64,000 bases of DNA, from positions 48,284 to 112,283 of the forward strand of contig JBFGLM010000010.1 in the NCBI GenBank assembly GCA_041576165.1, written 5' to 3'. The notes under the pieces are model-generated. The model was not told the origin of the DNA and searched no databases. It saw nothing but the letters and a program-made list of their open reading frames with translations. Positions 29,496 to 38,126 of the stretch are shown here, in pieces (within the stretch, counting starts at the first letter, position 1; each line of letters starts with the position of its first letter). Position numbers and translations under genes: made by a program. This DNA is from Acidimicrobiia bacterium. GTDB lineage: Bacteria > Actinomycetota > Acidimicrobiia > Spongiisociales > Spongiisociaceae.

Positions 29496-30079
29496 CGGCG
29501 CTGGAACTGGCGCTGGGGGGCCGGCGATGGCTGTTGATGGCCGCCGAAGTCGCTCGCAGCGCCATCTCCGCCGTCACGCCCCGCACGCGCGACGCCCTTG
29601 TCACAGAGTTGTTCGAAGCCGAAGGGGCCTCCTTGGTCCGCCTCGCCCGGTTGTTCACCGATGATCGGAATGCCGCCGAAGACATCGTCCAGGAGGCATT
29701 CATCCGGCTGCACAGATCCGCGCACCGCATCCAGGATCCCACCAAGGCTGCCGCGTACCTCAGATCGATCGTCATGAACCTCACCCGCGACCACAACCGG
29801 CGAGGGCTGATGTCCTTGCGACACCAGGAAGCGATGCCCTCCGGGACCGTTCCGGAGCTCCCTGAGGACGTTCTCGCCGGTGACTCCGAGCGAATGGCCA
29901 TCATCGATGCCATCCGTGAACTATCGCCGCGCCAGCGCGATTGCCTCTTGTTGCGTTACTACGCGGAGCTCAGCGAGCGAGAGATCGCCCAGGTGCTGGG
30001 AATCTCCCCCAACTCCGTGAAGACCCATTGCCGCCGCGGTCTCGAAGCGTTACGCGCCTCCGTGAGGGTCGAGCTATGA
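29492..30079 (+). CDS. ECF RNA polymerase sigma factor (Streptomyces SigE/ECF39-like)
   Basis: Region 2 AEDIVQEAF...AYLRSIVMN and region 4 LSPRQR...LSEREIAQVLGISPNSVKTH. ATGA overlap. Confidence 0.92.
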   Translation: MTALELALGGRRWLLMAAEVARSAISAVTPRTRDALVTELFEAEGASLVRLARLFTDDRNAAEDIVQEAFIRLHRSAHRIQDPTKAAAYLRSIVMNLTRDHNRRGLMSLRHQEAMPSGTVPELPEDVLAGDSERMAIIDAIRELSPRQRDCLLLRYYAELSEREIAQVLGISPNSVKTHCRRGLEALRASVRVEL

Positions 30080-30822
30080 CGTTCGAGCAGCGAGTACAAG
30101 ACGCACTGCGGGTGGCAGATGATTACGAACCCAGTCCCGATCTGTTCGACAAGGTCTGGCGTTCGATCGAAGAGGACGCCGCTCACCGGGTCCGGGTCCG
30201 GCGCACTGTTCTGTGGCTCGGGGCAGCAGTCGCTGTGATCGTGCTCGTGCTCTGGCCTTCCGTCGACTTCTCCGATGGCCGGCCCGCGATGGATTTCGCC
30301 GTGCTCGAATGGCTCGTGACCGCCGTGATGGCGGCTGTGGTGCTCGTGATGGGTCCGGCCATCCGGCGGTTCGGCGAGTTGTTCGAGCAGCAGGTGTTTG
30401 CCGCTTCTCCCGATACCGGAGTTCGTTTTCTCCGCCTGCTCGACATCGCCTACTACTTGATCTTTTCGGCGTACATCTTCCTGACGCTCCAGTTCGAGCC
30501 CACGGCGGCGTGGGGCCCGGTCGACAGCCTGGGGGCCTGGACCCGGGGCCAGCTCGAACGCCTGGGCGGATTGCTGCTCACCATGGGTGCCCTGCACGCG
30601 CTGTTGTTGTTGGCACTCCCGGTGGTTGGGCTGGTCGTGTCGGCCAACGAGCGTCGCTGGCGTCGGGCGCGGCTGGGCGCGGCGGCGCCTCCGCCCGATC
30701 CAGTCGCGCAGCGGATCGATATGGTGATCACGGTTTCCGCTTGGGTCCTGGCTGCGCTGGTGGCTCTGCAGCTGGCGTTTATTGTCATCAACATGGTCCT
30801 GCTCGGATTGGGCGGCGCCTGA
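30076..30822 (+). CDS. Putative multi-TM anti-sigma factor
   Basis: Short cytoplasmic N-terminus (EQRVQDALR...PSPDLFDKV...RVRVRR) then about 5 TM helices containing DIAYYLIFSAYI. ATGA-coupled to the sigma gene. Confidence 0.75.
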   Translation: MTFEQRVQDALRVADDYEPSPDLFDKVWRSIEEDAAHRVRVRRTVLWLGAAVAVIVLVLWPSVDFSDGRPAMDFAVLEWLVTAVMAAVVLVMGPAIRRFGELFEQQVFAASPDTGVRFLRLLDIAYYLIFSAYIFLTLQFEPTAAWGPVDSLGAWTRGQLERLGGLLLTMGALHALLLLALPVVGLVVSANERRWRRARLGAAAPPPDPVAQRIDMVITVSAWVLAALVALQLAFIVINMVLLGLGGA

Positions 30823-31080
30823 GGGATGTCGCCGTGGACCGGGCCTCACCGATCTGTCGATTGCACTGGTACATCCCGGCGGGTCTGAGCATCGGCTCAT
30901 CGACAGCCTCACCGCCAACGCATCGCTCGAGCCCTCTCGGTGCTCGAAGCCGGCGGTACCGCTACAGGCTTGGCCAAGTAGATTCACATTGCCGCCTCGC
31001 GTCTCGTGGTCCTGCGCCCGCACGGTACCGATGAGCGGCGAGAGCGACCGAACGGGTGGAAGGAGGCGACTACGCCAGAT

Positions 31081-34000
31081 GTGCTGATCCGGGTCCTCGG
31101 CCCGATCGTGGTGGAATCAGCGGGTACGGCCGTCGCGCTTGGGGGAGCGCAGGCCCGCTGCCTCCTCAGCGCCCTGGTACTCCATGCGGGCCGGCCCGCC
31201 TCCACCGAGGCCCTGATCGACGCGCTCTGGGGGGAGGAACCGCCCCTGACCGCGGCCAAGATCATCCATAAGCACGTCTCCCAGCTGCGCAAGCGCCTCG
31301 GATCGGTGCTCGTCACGACCGACGGTGGGTACGCGCTGGACCTCAGAGAGGTGACCGTGGACGCCGCCGAGTTCGAGTCGATGCTGCAGCAAGCATCCTT
31401 GGCCGCTGAGCCTGCCGAGGTCGTCAGCGTCATCTCCGGCGCCTTGGGTCTGTGGCGTGGGAAGCCATACGCGAACCTCTCCGACTTCCCGGCTGCGCTG
31501 GCCGAAGTCACCCGCCTCGAGGAGTTGCGGCTGGCGGCGACAGAAGACCTCCTCGAGTCCGAACTCGAGCTCGGCCGGTCGAGTGAGCTGGTGGGCCGGG
31601 TCGAGGACCTGGTGGCTCAATACCCTCTGCGAGAGAAGCTGTGGAGTCACCTGATGCTGGCCCTGTACCGCTCGGGCCGTCAGGCAGAGGCGCTCCGCGC
31701 CTACCAACGGCTGAGGAGCCTCCTGGCCGAGGAGCTGGGCATTGACCCTTCGCCCGAGGTTCAGGCGCTCGAGGAGCGGATTCTGAACCAGGAACCAGAT
31801 CTCGTCGAGCATGGCCTTCAATCCGAGCACACCGCGCTGCCCCACGGCACCGTGACATTTCTGATGACTGATATCGAGGGTTCCACTCGCCTATGGGAAG
31901 CCTCGCCGGCCGCGATGGCCGAGGCGGTATCCCACCATGACCAGATTCTGAGGATTGCAATCGCCTCCCACCGGGGCCATGTGGTCAAGGGCCTTGGCGA
32001 CGGCTTGCTCGCGGCTTTCGATTCCGCACAGGCCGCCGCCGCAGCAGCCGTCGATGCGCAGCGCGATCTGCAACCGGTCTCACTACTGGCCACCAAGGTC
32101 CGGATTGCGTTGCACTCCGACGAGGCCGAGCTCGAGACCGGGGGCGACTATTTCGGCCTGCCGCTCAGCCGTGTCGCCCGCTTGGTGGACGCCGCCAGAG
32201 GGGGTCAGATCCTGCTGTCCGAATCGACGAAGACCTTGGTGGACGACCGGCTCCCATCGGAGGCATCCATCGACGACTTGGGTGAATACAGACTGAGCGA
32301 GCTTTCGCAGCCGATCCACATCTATCGCCTGCAGCATCCTGCTGTGTCGGCCGAGTTCATTCCCCTCCGAGCTCTTCCCGTGACGGCGACCAACCTGCCG
32401 GTCCAGCTGACCAGCTTCGTCGGCCGGGAGCAGGAGCGCTCGGAGTTGGAGGAGATACTCGCCGAGGCCAGAGTCGTCACCCTGATCGGGCCTGGCGGGT
32501 CAGGCAAAACGAGACTTGCCGTCGAGGTGGCCGCCGCCACGGGCGACGTCCGAGCCGACGGCGTGTGGTTCGTCGATCTCGCGCCTCTCACCTCTCCGGA
32601 ACAGGTCGCAATCACCGTCGCCGCCCCTTTCGGCGTGAGCGGGGACACCGGGCGTCCGGCCGATGCTGTGCTCGCCGACTATCTGTCTGATCGGGCGGTG
32701 CGGCTGGTCATCGACAACTGCGAGCACGTCATCGACGAGGTCGCCGACTTGGTGGCGAGGCTGCTGCAGGCGGCCCCACGGCTGCAGATCCTTGCGACGT
32801 CCCGCGAACGTCTCGGCGTGCCGGGGGAGGTTGCATTCGAGGTGCCGCCCCTGCCGCTGCCGGACCTCGACGATGTCCACGCCGTGGGCGATGCCGACGC
32901 CGTACGGCTCTTCGTTGACAGAGCGCGCGCGTCCGATCCTCGATTCTCGCTTGCGGGCGATAATGCGCGCACCGTCGCACAGGTTTGTCGGCGGTTGGAT
33001 GGGATCCCGCTTGCCATCGAGCTGGCGGCAGCTCGCGTTCGCGCCTTCTCCCCGCAGCAGCTGACGGCTTTGCTGGACGACCGATTCGCCTTGTTGACCT
33101 CGACGGTGCGAACGGGACCGGAGCGGCATCGGACGCTCCAGGCGGCGGTCGATTGGAGCTACGGCCTGCTGGAGGAGGCCGACCAGATGCTCTTCCGCCG
33201 ACTGTCCGCGTTCCGGGGAGGGTTCTCGCTCGAGGCGGCGCAGGGCGTTTGCGGCCGGCCGCCGCTCTCGGAAGGTGAGGTGCTCACCCGCTTACCGGCG
33301 CTGGTCGACAAGTCGCTGGTGCTGGTTGATCGCCGGCCCGAGAAGGAGGCGAGGTATCGGTTGCTCGAAACCCTGCGGGAGTTCGGCCATGAGCGCCTGG
33401 CTGATGGGGAACTGGCCGAGCTGGGTGCAGCCCATGCCCGGTACTTCGCCACACTGGCCGAAGAGGCGGAGTCGCATCTACGGGGACCGGACCAGAAGCG
33501 GTCGAATGCTCGCCTGGCGGCCGCTTACGACAACATCCGGGCCGCGCTCTCCTGGTCCTTTGCGAATGAACCGGAATTGGGCACCCGGCTGTCGGTGGCG
33601 ATGTCGCACTACTGGGATGCGGTCGGACCCAGGGTCGAGGCGCACAAATGGTTGGACCGGGCAGTCGCAGCTTCAGCAGATACGAGTCCAGAGGTGCGCA
33701 TCGACGCGCGGCTGGCCGCGAACTACGTCTTCGTATCGGCCGAGCTGTCGTATGCGATCGAGTTTGCGAGAGAGGCATTGCGCGAGGCGGAGGAGATAGG
33801 TGACGAGCCGAGGCAGGGCAGAGCCATGCGGTCGCTGTGCTGGACGCTCGCCATGGGCGGTAACTACGAGGACGCCGTGCCGCTTGGAGAGCGAGCCCTC
33901 GCCATTTTCCGGCGGTTAGGCGATGACTGGGAGATCGCGTGGTGTCTCGAGCGGCTCGGACAGGCGGAGTTCCGCGATCCGAACCGTTCCCTTCGTTACA

Positions 34001-34659
34001 GCCGCGAGGGCCTCGCGCTGTGGCGTCAGATGGGGGATCGACGGCGAGCATGTATCACGCTCTACAAGATGGCGGAGCGGTGCCTGCAGGGAGCCGGAAG
34101 CCTCGATGACGCCGAGCGGTGGATGCGCGAGAGCCTGGCGATCAGCGACGACATGGAGCTCACCCACGACGCCGCGCACGCCCGAATCGTCTTTGGGCGG
34201 GTCCTGCGGGCCCAGGGGGCCACCGCCGCCGCGATCGGGGAGCTCGAACATGCCCTGGAAAGCCTGCGCAAACAAGGAGACCGGCGGTGCATGGTGCGGA
34301 GCCTCACCGCACTTGGGTTGGTTCGGCTCGACACCGGCGACTTCGATGCCGCCCGCGACGCGTTGGAGGAGAGCCTCCTCTTGGGCCGGAGACTCGAAGA
34401 GAAGATCACCCTGCGCCACGCGTTCGCGGGCCTGGCCAGACTGCGGGCCGCAGCCGGCGACGCCGACGACGCCGTGGCGCTCTACGCGGCGATGGACCGG
34501 CTCAACCGCGATCTCGGCCTGGAGCATTCCCCAGAGGTCGAACTCGAGCGGCTCCGCGACGAGCTCGGCGCCGACCGCTTCGGTGACGCCTGGCGGCGCG
34601 GGCAAGCCATGACGGTTGACGAGGCAGCCGAGTACCTGATTGGAGCCCGGCCCGTTTAG
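31081..34659 (+). CDS. SARP (wHTH+BTAD) - class III nucleotide cyclase - NB-ARC - TPR multidomain regulator
   Basis: IRVLGP, ALGLWRG, PLREKLW...LYRSGRQAEAL, TFLMTDIEGST, KGLGDG, GPGGSGKT, IDNCEH, then TPR-like helices. The start may be as far upstream as 31006. Confidence 0.92.
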   Translation: MLIRVLGPIVVESAGTAVALGGAQARCLLSALVLHAGRPASTEALIDALWGEEPPLTAAKIIHKHVSQLRKRLGSVLVTTDGGYALDLREVTVDAAEFESMLQQASLAAEPAEVVSVISGALGLWRGKPYANLSDFPAALAEVTRLEELRLAATEDLLESELELGRSSELVGRVEDLVAQYPLREKLWSHLMLALYRSGRQAEALRAYQRLRSLLAEELGIDPSPEVQALEERILNQEPDLVEHGLQSEHTALPHGTVTFLMTDIEGSTRLWEASPAAMAEAVSHHDQILRIAIASHRGHVVKGLGDGLLAAFDSAQAAAAAAVDAQRDLQPVSLLATKVRIALHSDEAELETGGDYFGLPLSRVARLVDAARGGQILLSESTKTLVDDRLPSEASIDDLGEYRLSELSQPIHIYRLQHPAVSAEFIPLRALPVTATNLPVQLTSFVGREQERSELEEILAEARVVTLIGPGGSGKTRLAVEVAAATGDVRADGVWFVDLAPLTSPEQVAITVAAPFGVSGDTGRPADAVLADYLSDRAVRLVIDNCEHVIDEVADLVARLLQAAPRLQILATSRERLGVPGEVAFEVPPLPLPDLDDVHAVGDADAVRLFVDRARASDPRFSLAGDNARTVAQVCRRLDGIPLAIELAAARVRAFSPQQLTALLDDRFALLTSTVRTGPERHRTLQAAVDWSYGLLEEADQMLFRRLSAFRGGFSLEAAQGVCGRPPLSEGEVLTRLPALVDKSLVLVDRRPEKEARYRLLETLREFGHERLADGELAELGAAHARYFATLAEEAESHLRGPDQKRSNARLAAAYDNIRAALSWSFANEPELGTRLSVAMSHYWDAVGPRVEAHKWLDRAVAASADTSPEVRIDARLAANYVFVSAELSYAIEFAREALREAEEIGDEPRQGRAMRSLCWTLAMGGNYEDAVPLGERALAIFRRLGDDWEIAWCLERLGQAEFRDPNRSLRYSREGLALWRQMGDRRRACITLYKMAERCLQGAGSLDDAERWMRESLAISDDMELTHDAAHARIVFGRVLRAQGATAAAIGELEHALESLRKQGDRRCMVRSLTALGLVRLDTGDFDAARDALEESLLLGRRLEEKITLRHAFAGLARLRAAAGDADDAVALYAAMDRLNRDLGLEHSPEVELERLRDELGADRFGDAWRRGQAMTVDEAAEYLIGARPV

Positions 34660-34792
34660 CTCGTGTGCTGCAACGGCATCGCCCGGGCGATGGGCCTCCC
34701 CCGGAACCGGGAGCCCGAGCCCAAAGGTCTCACAGGCCGTCCGTACACTCTCCCAGAAGGCTAAAGCACACTAAAACCGATCCAAAAAAGAC

Positions 34793-34804
34793 TAGACGCG
34801 TCTA
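34793..34804. promoter_or_regulatory. Perfect 12-bp palindrome upstream of the AAA-wHTH gene
   Basis: TAGACGCGTCTA, preceded by phased A-tracts at 34761-34790. Confidence 0.35.
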
Positions 34805-34842
34805 CAGGCCCACAGCCAGGGATGAATCCAGGGGGGTGTTCA

Positions 34843-35994
34843 GTGGCGGCCGACAACCCGTTCGCCCCGACCTTTGGGGCCTCCCCGCCGATCCTGGCCG
34901 GGCGTGATGACATTCTGGACGATATCGACGACGCGCTGGCCACGGGCCCCACGCATCCCGATTACACCACCCTGCTGATCGGTATCCGCGGCGCGGGCAA
35001 AACCGTGATGCTCAACGCGGTCGAGGATCTCGCCCGCCGCCGGGGCTGGCTGGCAGTGTCCGACAACGCCTCACCACCCGGATTGCTGCTACGCCTCACC
35101 CGTTCGACTAGCAGCACAGCTGACCGAGTTCGAAGATGCCGAGCCCGAGCGGCGGATCAAGGGTGTGACCGAGGCAGGGTTCGGCGTGGAATTTCAGATC
35201 AGCGAGGAGACCGCGGCCGTCCGCGACCTGCGGGCGGTGCTGACGGCGCTCGGTGACATCCTCGCCGATAACGGCACAGGTCTGATCATCACCCTCGATG
35301 AGGTGCAAAGCGGAGAACTCAACGAGATCCGCGAGTTCGGCGCGGTCCTCCAGCACGTGACCCGGCGGGAGGGGCGACCGGTTGCGTTCGTAGGGGCCGC
35401 CCTGCCTCAGATCGAGGACGGTCTGCTGTCGGACAACGCGGTGACGTTCCTCCAGCGGTGCCCCCGTTATGACGTCGACCGCCTGAGCCGCGAGGCCACC
35501 CGGCTGGCGCTGGCCGGACCAATCGAACAAAGGGGCGCCACAATCGATCCGGACGCGCTGGACAGTGCGATCGCAGCCACTGCGGGCTACGCCTTCATGA
35601 TCCAGCTGGTCGGCTTTCACACTTGGAAGGCGGTGCCCGACCCGGCGTCGGGTATCAGCCCGGCAGAGGCGGAGGAAGGGATTGCCGAGGCCCGGCGTAG
35701 AATCGGCCGGCTCGTGCTCGCTCCGACCTGCCGAGGACTCTCGGAAGTCGATCGCCGTTTCCTGCTGGCGATGGCGCGTGACACCGGCGAGTCGCGGTTG
35801 GCCCGTCGCAACCCGGCTCGACGTGAACATCAAATACGCCGGCGTCTACCGCCACCGCCTCATCAACGCCGGCATGATCGTGCCGACGGGCAAGAGCAGG
35901 ATCGACTTCGCACCCGGGCACCCGAGAATGGCTGCGCTCGGACCCGACCTTCGCGGCGACACGTCTTCCCGGCGACCAACCGGCCGAATCGTGA
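34843..35994 (+). pseudogene. AAA ATPase + C-terminal winged-helix protein with three frameshifts (pseudogene or sequencing indels)
   Basis: NPF.P.FG, GIRGAGKT and ITLDEVQ are split across frames, followed by ATRLDVNIKYAGVYRHRLI and ...PGTREWLRS. Shifts lie near 35105, 35803 and 35912. Confidence 0.75.
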
Positions 35995-36009
35995 CGGCCC
36001 GTTCGGCCG

Positions 36010-38046
36010 TCAGTGCGTCGCAGCTTCAGGGTCACTGCGCAACGTCGCGTCCACCACCTTCCAACCGTGCTCGGTCCACATCAGAGGATTGATGTCCAGC
36101 TCACGAAGGTCTGGCAGCGCCGCGGCGGCCTGACTCACACGCACCACGATCTGGGCCAGCTCATCGAGATCCGCGGGACGACCGCGGCGGGGATGGGTGA
36201 GCAAGCGCACCCCCTGCAGGGAGTCGATCATCGTTCGAGCATGTGAACGGGCGACTGGAGCAGGGGCGGTCGCGACGGCCCCCAGAACCTCAGCTGCCAC
36301 GCCGCCGACGCCGACCATGACCATCGGTCCGAACGTCGAATCCCGGACTGAGCCGACGATGACCTCAGGGCCCGCCACCATTTCTTCGATCAGCACGTCC
36401 GCGACGGATTGCCCCGTGACCTCGGCCAGGCGCCCGAATGCCTCCTCAACCTCGGCGGCGCGCCGCAGATCGACGACCACGGCACCGGCCTCGGTCTTGT
36501 GGGCGAGGTCGAGGCCGATCGCCTTGGCCACAACCGGATATCCGATCTGGTTGGCGGCCGTGATCGCCTCCACCGGTGTGCGGGTGACGACACCCCGGAC
36601 GACGGCGAGACCCCAATCCGCCAGGAGGTCCTTGGCGCCGGCTTCGGTCAGTTGCTCCCGGGGCAGCGCAGGAATGGACGGGTCTGGATCACCCGGCGGG
36701 ACCGGGTCGATCCCGACCAGCGCCACCAGCGCCTTGATCGCCGCCCGCGGCTCCTCGGTGACGGGCCGGGCCGCCGCCCGCAGCGCGTCGAGTCCCTCGG
36801 CGCTGACGTCGCCTCCCATCCACAGGTGCACCGTAGGCGTTGTAGCGCCTAGCGCCAGCAGCGAATCGACCCGGGCAGGGGTGTGAGCCGGTGGGTGAGC
36901 GCTGGTCACGGCCAGCACCAGGTCGTATTCGTCCCCAAACGCCTCTACCACCTGGGCGAACCGCTGAGGTCCTCCGATGATGCCGCCCATGTCGAGCGGG
37001 TTGTTGGCCGCGCCGTGCTGGAGCAGCGGCGCCAGCCGGTCCCGCAGTTCGGCGGACGGCTGGGGCAGGTGCAGGCCCGACCGCTCGGCCAGGTCAGAAA
37101 GGAGGATTGCAATGCCGCCTGAGTGGGTGACAATCCCGACCCGATCGCCGCCCGGACGCCGTGCATGGGCCAGGATCTCGGCCACGTCCAGCATCTCGGC
37201 GGGGGTTTCGGCCAGTGCGAGTCCGAGCGTCGCGGCTACGCCGGCGAAGATGCGGCCTGGCGTGGCCATTGCACCCGTATGGGTTTGCATCAATGACTGT
37301 CCGAGGGAGCCCGTGCCGATTCGGGTCACCACCACCGGCTTGCCGGCGGAGTGAGCCCGGCCGACGGCGGTCATGAAGCCGGTACCGTCGCGGACCGTCT
37401 CGAGCAGCAGCGCAATCACCCGCACGGCGTCGAGATCAACCAGCGCGTTGATCCCATCGGCCAGGTCGAGATCGGCCTCGTTGCCGGTCGAGATCGATGC
37501 AGCTAGGCCACCGGCGCGCTCGTAAGCCAGGTTGTGGACATAGCTTCCGGTCCCGCCGCTCTGGGTCACCAGGCCTACTGGACCGGACCGGATGTGTTCA
37601 GCCGGGCGGTCGAGGCAGGTGAGGAAGCTCATCGCGACTCCGGTTCCGGCGACGATCACGCCGCCTGAGTTCGGTCCCAGGACCCGGATACCGCTGTCCC
37701 GGGCGGCAGCAATCAGATCGGCCTGGCGGGCCGCACCGGTCGGTCCGGCCTCTGCGAATCCACCGCCGAACACGATGGCGTAGCCGGCGCCGTCCGCCTG
37801 CCGGAGGAGGTCCGGGACGAGGTCGCCGGGTAACGCGCATACCAGCACGTCCGGTGGCTCCGGGAGGGCGGCCAGTGATTCGTAGGTCTCAACGCCGGGG
37901 ATGCGGGGCCGCTTGGGATTGACCCCCCAAACCTGACCGGGGTATCCCAGCTTGCGCAGGTTGGTGAGGACTCTGGCCCCGTGCTTCGTCGGATCGGCGG
38001 ACAGCCCGACAATCGCGATTGACCTGGGTGACAGCAAGCGGTCCAT
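36010..38046 (-). CDS. Acetate-CoA ligase (ADP-forming) family acyl-CoA synthetase
   Basis: PRSIAIVG, LGPNSGG, QSGG, STGNEADL, THTG phospho-His, HKTEAG, DINPL. Confidence 0.92.
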   Translation of the reverse strand: MDRLLSPRSIAIVGLSADPTKHGARVLTNLRKLGYPGQVWGVNPKRPRIPGVETYESLAALPEPPDVLVCALPGDLVPDLLRQADGAGYAIVFGGGFAEAGPTGAARQADLIAAARDSGIRVLGPNSGGVIVAGTGVAMSFLTCLDRPAEHIRSGPVGLVTQSGGTGSYVHNLAYERAGGLAASISTGNEADLDLADGINALVDLDAVRVIALLLETVRDGTGFMTAVGRAHSAGKPVVVTRIGTGSLGQSLMQTHTGAMATPGRIFAGVAATLGLALAETPAEMLDVAEILAHARRPGGDRVGIVTHSGGIAILLSDLAERSGLHLPQPSAELRDRLAPLLQHGAANNPLDMGGIIGGPQRFAQVVEAFGDEYDLVLAVTSAHPPAHTPARVDSLLALGATTPTVHLWMGGDVSAEGLDALRAAARPVTEEPRAAIKALVALVGIDPVPPGDPDPSIPALPREQLTEAGAKDLLADWGLAVVRGVVTRTPVEAITAANQIGYPVVAKAIGLDLAHKTEAGAVVVDLRRAAEVEEAFGRLAEVTGQSVADVLIEEMVAGPEVIVGSVRDSTFGPMVMVGVGGVAAEVLGAVATAPAPVARSHARTMIDSLQGVRLLTHPRRGRPADLDELAQIVVRVSQAAAALPDLRELDINPLMWTEHGWKVVDATLRSDPEAATH

Positions 38047-38126
38047 CAGTCGGCCATGAAGTGGTCGGACCCGGCATTGATCATGTGATCGCGCACCGCA
38101 TAGCGTGGCACCGGGGGATCGCTCAC
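38046..38126 (-). CDS. 26-aa mini-ORF coupled to both neighbours (small peptide or remnant of a deleted gene)
   Basis: GTG overlaps the CaiB stop (GTGA) and its TGA overlaps the next ATG (TGATG). Reads MSDPPVPRYAVRDHMINAGSDHFMAD with mostly G/C third positions. Confidence 0.5.
   Translation of the reverse strand: MSDPPVPRYAVRDHMINAGSDHFMAD

Noticed and set aside
26340-34659. Avs-type antiphage STAND defence system
   Set aside because: The effector domains are DNA-binding or cyclase types typical of actinobacterial regulators. There is no nuclease, TIR, SIR2 or protease effector and no defence-island context.
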